Source: Amoebidium appalachense
Taxonomy: Eukaryota; Protista; Ichthyosporea
DNA length: 64,000 bases
Assembly: GCA_963693365.1 (NCBI GenBank)
Contig: CAVNZM010000017.1
Coordinates: forward strand, 3,205,375-3,269,374
Reading direction: 5' to 3'
This document shows positions 30,150-64,000 of this stretch, piece by piece (within the stretch, counting starts at the first letter, position 1; each line of letters starts with the position of its first letter). Both the position numbers and the translations under genes were made by a program. Under the pieces are notes generated by a model, which saw nothing but the letters and a program-made list of their open reading frames with translations, did no database searches and had not been told where the DNA came from.

Positions 30150-31379
30150 ATGGATTATTCCCAGCAAGCTCCCGGGTCGGGGTCATACGAAACCAACATC
30201 AGCAAGTCCGCCGACCCCGTCACAACGCAAGCCCCCCCCCCCCATCCAACCCCCCCCCACACTCCGGCGGCGAAGTCCCCTCCCCAACCAACCCCCCCAC
30301 ACTCAGGCTCCGGCGGCGACGTCCCCCCCCCCCATCCAACCCCCCCCCCCCACACTCCGGCGACACTGCTCCCGTCGATCCAAAAATGTTCGAAGAGTAC
30401 TTGGAGACTGTGTTGCAGTCGAAAGTAGACAGTGCCATTGCCTCTGCATTGGCAAAGGTCGGTACTGCGGCCACTGCACCCGCTGTCACCACCCCAACCA
30501 CCGAATTGCAGGAGAAGCTGGAAGCCGCAGAGAAAGAATTACAAACGAAGGATCACGACATCCAAATCCTTAAGGGGGAAATTGCCGAGCTAAAATCGGC
30601 GGCGGCCAAACAAAAACACCTTGCAGATGCAAAGGAACAGGTGTTATCGGCAAAGAATCGGGACCTCGAAGGGCAGCTTGTTGGAAAGGTGGCCGATATC
30701 CTGGAGCATCAGACTGAAGGGGAAAGATACCGGGCCGAGATTACCAAGCTTCAGTCACACATTGCGACCATGAGGGAATCATACCGTAGAACAATCGACG
30801 AGAGCACACAGAAACTTCGTGATTGGAATGACCCCCAGCCCCTCCCCCGACATTACCGTCCAACACGGTCTCGCCCCCCCCCTCCCCCCCCTGGTACGAC
30901 CAATCAAAATCCCATCCCCACCCTCCCCCCGCCCGGTACCACTCAGCCCAAAACCCCCCCTCAACCTCCCCCTGCCCATTCTCCCCCTCCCCCCACCTGT
31001 CATGCCCGTACCCCCCTTCAATCCGTCCCTCACCACCGTTACCAGCACCCAATCCCACACTTTTGGTGCCTCCATGATGTCGAACCCCTCTGCATATTCC
31101 CAGGGTTCAAAGAGAGGGGTGTCAGATATTTCTTTTGGTGTGTACAAACGGCACCGCCAGGAAGAGACGTCATTTGAGACGGCATTAGATGAGGAATTGG
31201 AGGACATGATGGCTTTGGGCGAGAAGGTCGAGGGGAAGAAAGGGAAAGAAAGTGGTCGAGCAAAGAAACCAAAACAGAGTCAGAAACCAGCCCCTGCCCG
31301 CAGTGGCAGGACACGAGCAAAGCAAGTTTCAGATATACAGGTTATTCACGGGGACAGTGATGAAGACGATGAAGATTAG
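30150..31379 (+). CDS. Pro-rich / coiled-coil / basic-acidic-tail protein, intronless, with ~2 apparent frameshifts
   Basis: MDYSQQ... (ATG 30150) joins MFEEYLE across the A5 run near 30382. A heptad coiled coil follows (ELQEKLEAAEKELQ...), then a second shift at ~30815-30890 leads to KRHRQEE...KKPK...DSDEDDED*. Confidence 0.55.
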
Positions 31380-31721
31380 GTTGGGAGTGGTGAGGGGTGT
31401 GTTTTGATTTTGTTGTATGTGTCAGGGGCTGGGTATGGCCACAGGGGCTGGCTGATGTATTTTAATATATGACTGTTGATACTGGTAGCACCTTACGGTT
31501 TCTGTATTTATGTTAACGAGCATCTTATGGATCATAGCATGTAGGCATCTTTTTTTTCTGGTTCTGGATGGTTTAGTATCTTGTGGTTATTATATATGTA
31601 CAAGTCTTCTGGATGGTTTAGTATCTTGTGGTTATTATATATGTACAAGTCTTGTTTTGCTGTTTTCAACCGATTAAATATCGATTGTATACAAAGAAGT
31701 CCAGGTCCCTTTTGGTACACA

Positions 31722-31742
31722 CTTGCATGCACGTTCAAAGTC

Positions 31743-31791
<49 letters not shown>

Positions 31792-32004
31792 ACTCCCTCC
31801 CCATGCATGCATGCCCGTGTGGCACACAGTTTGTGTGCTTTCATAAGTCTATTGCATGCACGTTCAAAGTCTCCCCCCCCCCCCCCCCCCCCCCCCCCCA
31901 CACACACACGCACTCCCTCCCCATGCATGCATGCCCGTGTGGCACACAGTTTGTGTGCTTTCATAAGTCTATTGCATGCACGTTCAAAGTCTCCCCCCCC
32001 CCCT

Positions 32005-32035
<31 letters not shown>

Positions 32036-32111
32036 CCTCCCCGTGCATGCATGCCCGTGTGGCACACAGTTTGTGTGCTTTCATAAGTCTATTGCATGCA
32101 CGTTCAAAGTC

Positions 32112-32167
<56 letters not shown>

Positions 32168-32472
32168 CCTCCCCATGCATGCATGCCCGTGTGGCACACA
32201 GTTTGTGTGCTTTCATAAGTCTATTGCATGCACGTTCAAAGTCTCCCCCCCCCCCCCCCCCCCACCCCCCCCCTCCCCACACTCCCTCCCCATGCATGCA
32301 TGCCCGTGTGGCACACAGTTTGTGTGCTTTCATAAGTCTATTGCATGCACGTTCAAAGTCTCCCCCCCCCCCCCCCCCCCCCCCCTCCCCACACTCCCTC
32401 CCCGTGCATGCATGCCCGTGTGGCACACAGTTTGTGTGCTTTCATAAGTCTATTGCATGCACGTTCAAAGTC

Positions 32473-32530
<58 letters not shown>

Positions 32531-32786
32531 CCTCCCCATGCATGCATGCCCGTGTGGCACACAGTTTGTGTGCTTTCATAAGTCTATCGATGCATGCACG
32601 TTCAAAGTCTCCCCCCCCCCCCCCCCCCCCCCCCCCTCCCCCCCCCCACCCCACACTCCCTCCCCATGCATGCATGCCCGTGTGGCACACAGTTTGTGTG
32701 CTTTCATAAGTCTATCGATGCATGCATGCCCGTGTGGCACACAGTTTGTGTGCTTTCATAAGTCTATTGCATGCACGTTCAAAGTC

Positions 32787-32831
<45 letters not shown>

Positions 32832-32994
32832 ACCCCACACTCCCTCCCCATGCATGCATGCCCGTGTGGCACACAGTTTGTGTGCTTTCATAAGTCTATC
32901 GATGCATGCATGCCCGTGTGGCACACAGTTTGTGTGCTTTCATAAGTCTATTGCATGCACGTTCAAAGTCTCCCCCCCCCCCCCCCCCCCCCCC

Positions 32995-33053
<59 letters not shown>

Positions 33054-33150
33054 ACCCCACACTCCCTCCCCATGCATGCATGCCCGTGTGGCACACAGTT
33101 TGTGTGCTTTCATAAGTCTATCGATGTATATTGCATGCACGTTTAAAGTA
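31722..33150. repeat. ~120-bp poly-C-containing minisatellite
   Basis: Unit ttgcatgcacgttcaaagtctc(C)n...catgcatgcatgcccgtgtggcacacagtttgtgtgctttcataagtcta. Confidence 0.95.
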
Positions 33151-33151
33151 T

Positions 33152-34330
33152 TTATTTCCCCTCTTTTTGCACACACAGCTTTGCACACACAGCAACTGTC
33201 TTTTTATTGTATCCACTTTGGGTATGAAGCGCTGGCGCTGGGTTTGTCGTATACTCCACTTCGGGGCTTTTGTATGCAGCGCTTATTTCCCCTCTTTTTG
33301 CACACACAGCTTTGCACACACAGCAACTGTCTTTTTATTGTATCCACTTTGGGTATGAAGCGCTGGCGCTGGGTTTGTCGTATACTCCACTTCGGGGCTT
33401 TTGTATGCAGCGCTTATTTCCCCTCTTTTTGCACACACAGCTTTGCACACACAGCAACTGTCTTTTTATTGTATCCACTTTGGGTATGAAGCGCTGGCGC
33501 TGGGTTTGTCGTATACTCCACTTCGGGGCTTTTGTATGCAGCGCTTATTTCCCCTCTTTTTGCACACACAGCTTTGCACACACAGCAACTGTCTTTTTAT
33601 TGTATCCACTTTGGGTATGAAGCGCTGGCGCTGGGTTTGTCGTATACTCCACTTCGGGGCTTTTGTATGCAGCGCTTATTTTCCCTCTTTTTGCACACAC
33701 AGCTTTGCACACACAGCAACTGTCTTTTTATTGTATCCACTTTGGGTATGAAGCGCTGGCGCTGGGTTTGTCGTATACTCCACTTCGGGGCTTTTGTATG
33801 CAGCGCTTATTTCCCCTCTTTTTGCACACACAGCTTTGCACACACAGCAACTGTCTTTTTATTGTATCCACTTTGGGTATGAAGCGCTGGCGCTGGGTTT
33901 GTCGTATACTCCACTTCGGGGCTTTTGTATGCAGCGCTTATTTCCCCTCTTTTTGCACACACAGCTTTGCACACACAGCAACTGTCTTTTTATTGTATCC
34001 ACTTTGGGTATGAAGCGCTGGCGCTGGGTTTGTCGTATACTCCACTTCGGGGCTTTTGTATGCAGCGCTTATTTCCCCTCTTTTTGCACACACAGCTTTG
34101 CACACACAGCAACTGTCTTTTTATTGTATCCACTTTGGGTATGAAGCGCTGGCGCTGGGTTTGTCGTATACTCCACTTCGGGGCTTTTGTATGCAGCGCT
34201 TATTTCCCCTCTTTTTGCACACACAGCTTTGCACACACAGCAACTGTCTTTTTATTGTATCCACTTTGGGTATGAAGCGCTGGCGCTGGGTTTGTCGTAT
34301 ACTCCACTTCGGGGCTTTTGTATGCAGCGC
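33152..34330. repeat. 131-bp near-perfect tandem repeat, 9 copies
   Basis: The ORF track shows near-identical frames starting at 33270, 33401, 33532, 33663 and onward (period 131). Confidence 0.97.
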
Positions 34331-34354
34331 TGGCGCGGTGACACGTCAATCGGA

Positions 34355-34675
34355 TTAAAAGTCCGAGTGACTTGTTTGTCTCAGAGCGGTGTCGTACTCC
34401 GCAGCACCCGTCTTCTTATTGAAATAGTATATGACTGCATACATCAATGGTGTAACCAATAAACATGTGAGGACAATAGCAGCGCTGACGTACACCAGAT
34501 ACATTTTGTTCACTTTCTCTCTAGCATTCGGTTCGGACTTCATTAAATTGTACCAGTGTATATTTGCAACGACACTGCATATAGATATCACATAAAGAAT
34601 GCCTGTGGTGACCGTGCTGTCGAACATGTACGTGTACCTCACAAAACTTTCAGTATCCGACGTGTTACACCCCAA
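34355..34675 (-). CDS. Possible two-TM protein fragment or exon
   Basis: Two hydrophobic segments (GILYVISICSVVA; YLVYVSAAIVLTCLLVTPLMYAVIYYF); the start is unclear. Confidence 0.3.
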   Translation of the reverse strand: MGCNTSDTESFVRYTYMFDSTVTTGILYVISICSVVANIHWYNLMKSEPNAREKVNKMYLVYVSAAIVLTCLLVTPLMYAVIYYFNKKTGAAEYDTALRQTSHSDF

Positions 34676-34931
34676 AAGTGACCTCTCTGAGATCTTGCCT
34701 GTGGTACAAACTCTTGATGCCGTGTTGCTCTTGTGTTTTACCAGTACCCCTCTCTCCAGATGCCGAATTTAGATTGGAATTCGTGAATACACCCATGTGA
34801 TTGGTCAGTGGTTTGGCACCAAGAGATTGATTGATATGCCATCAACCAGTCAACAAAAAGTACTCGCTTTTACTTTTTGTCTCGCTTCACCCCAATCCAA
34901 GAACAGTGCACACCAAAACAAAACACTAGAA

Positions 34932-35387
34932 ATGGGAGACGCACTTTTGCGCCCCGATTCGGTTGACCCCGAACGATGCCCTGCATTTGCACCCTCAAAA
35001 AAAGCCCAGTGCAAAAACAAAAAGAAAACATGCCCACACCACAAGGACGGCTTCAAGCCCTGGGTATGCTTTGCCCCTGCCACCGGTGTCCTCCTCTACA
35101 GCGACAACACCATCAACATCCTCCACCCCCACAAGGCCGGGGACTATGCTCATGCAAACCTCCTGCTGGACGACCTCCTGGCCGCCTTTACAGTCGCAGA
35201 AATGCAGCGCCCTCGCACCGAGCGCACCGGGGTACCCGCGCTGACTGTGTCCACTCCGGATCCACCCATGGGTGCACCACAGCCACCGGTTGCAGCTGCA
35301 GCGGTGGGTGTGGGCAGGGAAAATGGGCAAAACCAAGGCTGGCAATCCCTGCAAAAACAGGGTGAAATCTACGACCCATTGCCATAA
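34932..35387 (+). CDS. Orphan protein with N-terminal C-x10-C-x6-C-x2-H putative zinc finger
   Basis: ATG 34932; RCPAFAPSKKAQCKNKKKTCPHH; AATAAA shortly after the stop. Confidence 0.5.
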   Translation: MGDALLRPDSVDPERCPAFAPSKKAQCKNKKKTCPHHKDGFKPWVCFAPATGVLLYSDNTINILHPHKAGDYAHANLLLDDLLAAFTVAEMQRPRTERTGVPALTVSTPDPPMGAPQPPVAAAAVGVGRENGQNQGWQSLQKQGEIYDPLP

Positions 35388-35459
35388 GCACAAGCCCAAA
35401 TAAAAAAACCACCCACACAGCTGCATGGTGCCAACATACACTATCCTCCCCGTGAGTGG

Positions 35460-35790
35460 CATGCCAGCCCCCCTGCCCCCCAGCCCCCCTGCCCCCCAGC
35501 TCCCCTGCCCCCCTGCCCCCCTGCCCCCCTGCTCCCCTGCCCCCCTGCTCCCCTGCCCATATGCACACCCACACACTGGGTGCCCCCCCCTGCTCCCCTG
35601 CCTCCCGGAACCAGGCCCCAGTGAGTGCTCACGTGCCTCCCCCTGCTCCCCTGCTCCCCTGCCTCCCGGAACCAGGCCCCAGTGAGTGCTCACGTGCCTC
35701 CCCCTGCTCCCCTGCTCCCCTGCCTCCCGGAACCAGGCCCGGCGCAGGGCCAGTGAGTGCTCACGTGCCTCCCCTGCCTCCCGGAACCAC
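35460..35790. repeat. GC-rich short and ~52-bp tandem repeats
   Basis: cccctgc(c/t) units, and ccctgcctcccggaaccaggccccagtgagtgctcacgtgcctc ~3-4 times. Confidence 0.85.
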
Positions 35791-35831
35791 GCCCCGGCGC
35801 AGTGGCAGCTATTTTTAGATATAGAGATTCC

Positions 35832-35938
35832 ATGGCCACATGGCCAGATGGCCAGATCATTTTGCTCACCGTTTTATCCCGTTTTATCCACCTTTTTCCA
35901 CACACTGAATTTGACCTGGCCATCTGGCCATCTGGGCA
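35832..35938. repeat. Small inverted-repeat element
   Basis: ccacatggccagatggccagatc pairs with gacctggccatctggccatctgg. Confidence 0.7.
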
Positions 35939-37133
35939 GAGACCGTTTTCTGTTCTGATATTGGAGAACTGTCTGATAGTGATAGCAAATGTCATTCGAA
36001 GAACAATCGGGAAACCCCGTGGTGTGACAACCAATCAGAATGAAGCAACCTTATGGGCGCATACAATTTGATTGGCTTAGCCAGCACCCACGGTACAGCC
36101 AAATGATTGGCTCATTTGGCGCCAAATGGTCCCCTCAGAAATTTATCGTGGGGCGCGTTACAAAAACTTACAAGGTACTTTTTATGAAGACTTTTGACTG
36201 AAATCCACTGTCACAGTGTCACAGATAGTTTCTGTAATTCATAACCAGTTCAAAAGGGCTCTGAAGGCTGAGCCTACAGGCTACGCGTCCTGCATGCAAG
36301 GCTCCCCGCGAATGACTCCTGATGGCTGGCCTGACGCAGGTTACATGCTCGAAATCCCATTACGTCGCGATCGGATGCAGCTAAATAAGTTATGCGTACG
36401 TACACCTTCGATTGGTGACTAGGTAGATCTGTACGTATATGTATACAGCGTAAACAATTGTAGGTGCATTTATAACTTTGTTCTGTGCTACCAAAGCACA
36501 CATGCATGTCGTGTAGCCAATGTAACCACCGTGCGAGCCGAACATATGTACACATTTGAATTAGCGGACACCACCTGTATTCTATCACGCCCCAGAGTGA
36601 AGTTGTGGGGGATTCTCGGGGCTGCGTTGTGGGCCAATCAGCAAAACGGGAGAATTCTTAATCTTGGAACTCCGAACGAACTTTTTTCTGTGTATGTCAA
36701 AACTGTGACATGAAGTTGCAAGCGTTCCTTTGTCGCGTGTACTTGAACATGCTTGACGCCATCTAACAAGTTTAGGAGTATGTAGATTATGTATACTGTA
36801 TTTGTATGATGGGAAAAACAGAGGGAAGCGCTCGTAGTTTTACACAGAGCTTTTCGGAAAGGTCGAATCTGTATCAAGAGGCAGCCGCTCTTCACTGGGT
36901 ACCTCGCAGCATGGGCCAATATTCCGACGTAAGGTTAATTAGTTTGAACACTAGGAAATGAGTCAATCAGACACACATCTGAGTAGAACAGATCTAGTGT
37001 TCTTTGCACACGTTCCTTGTGATCTGGTTCGCTGCGTAAACATCGGAGTTTCGCAAGCTTCCTTTCTCCACCTCCAGACATCTTGAGCGAAGAAGTGCCC
37101 TAGCATCACTGTGGCCAATAGAGAAACAACATC

Positions 37134-64000
<26,867 letters not shown>

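Noticed and set aside
33131-34462. Series of identical 116-aa ORFs, or a CRISPR-like array
   Set aside because: This is a head-to-tail 131-bp satellite with no unique spacers and no cas genes.

Overview
Eukaryotic genomic DNA with (CA)n, poly-C/G and minisatellite-filled introns. The host is inferred, not proven, to be a unicellular holozoan such as an ichthyosporean. The window has three zones. (1) About 0.78-21.4 kb is a gene-dense, intronless, GC/CpG-rich endogenous DNA-virus segment of giant-virus or Polinton-like type. It encodes a putative CE-clan cysteine protease, a frameshifted minor-capsid/penton-like gene, small secreted or membrane proteins, Bro/KilA-like proteins (one fused to T5orf172/GIY-YIG), an amino-DNA methyltransferase, an SF3 (DUF5906/D5-like) helicase, a C2H2 protein and four paralogous PD-(D/E)XK-type nucleases. 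A ~4-kb insert bounded by inverted satellite arrays interrupts it. (2) About 21.4-36 kb holds tandem repeats, a 7-exon KDM4-type JmjN/JmjC demethylase gene on the minus strand, a divergent coiled-coil gene and small orphan ORFs. (3) From 37.1 kb to the end is one long spliced host gene whose exons join in phase into 3xLIM - atypical SH2 - helical region - EF-hand-like - PI-PLC X domain. The most unusual observation is at 10.4-15.9 kb. Two nucleases with intact catalytic motifs each carry a copy of the neighbouring helicase's own C-terminal domain, and each is followed by a catalytically degenerate paralog. The two pairs form a mirror image around the helicase, next to a putative iteron origin and a methyltransferase. 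All domain calls are by-eye motif recognition; no searches were run.
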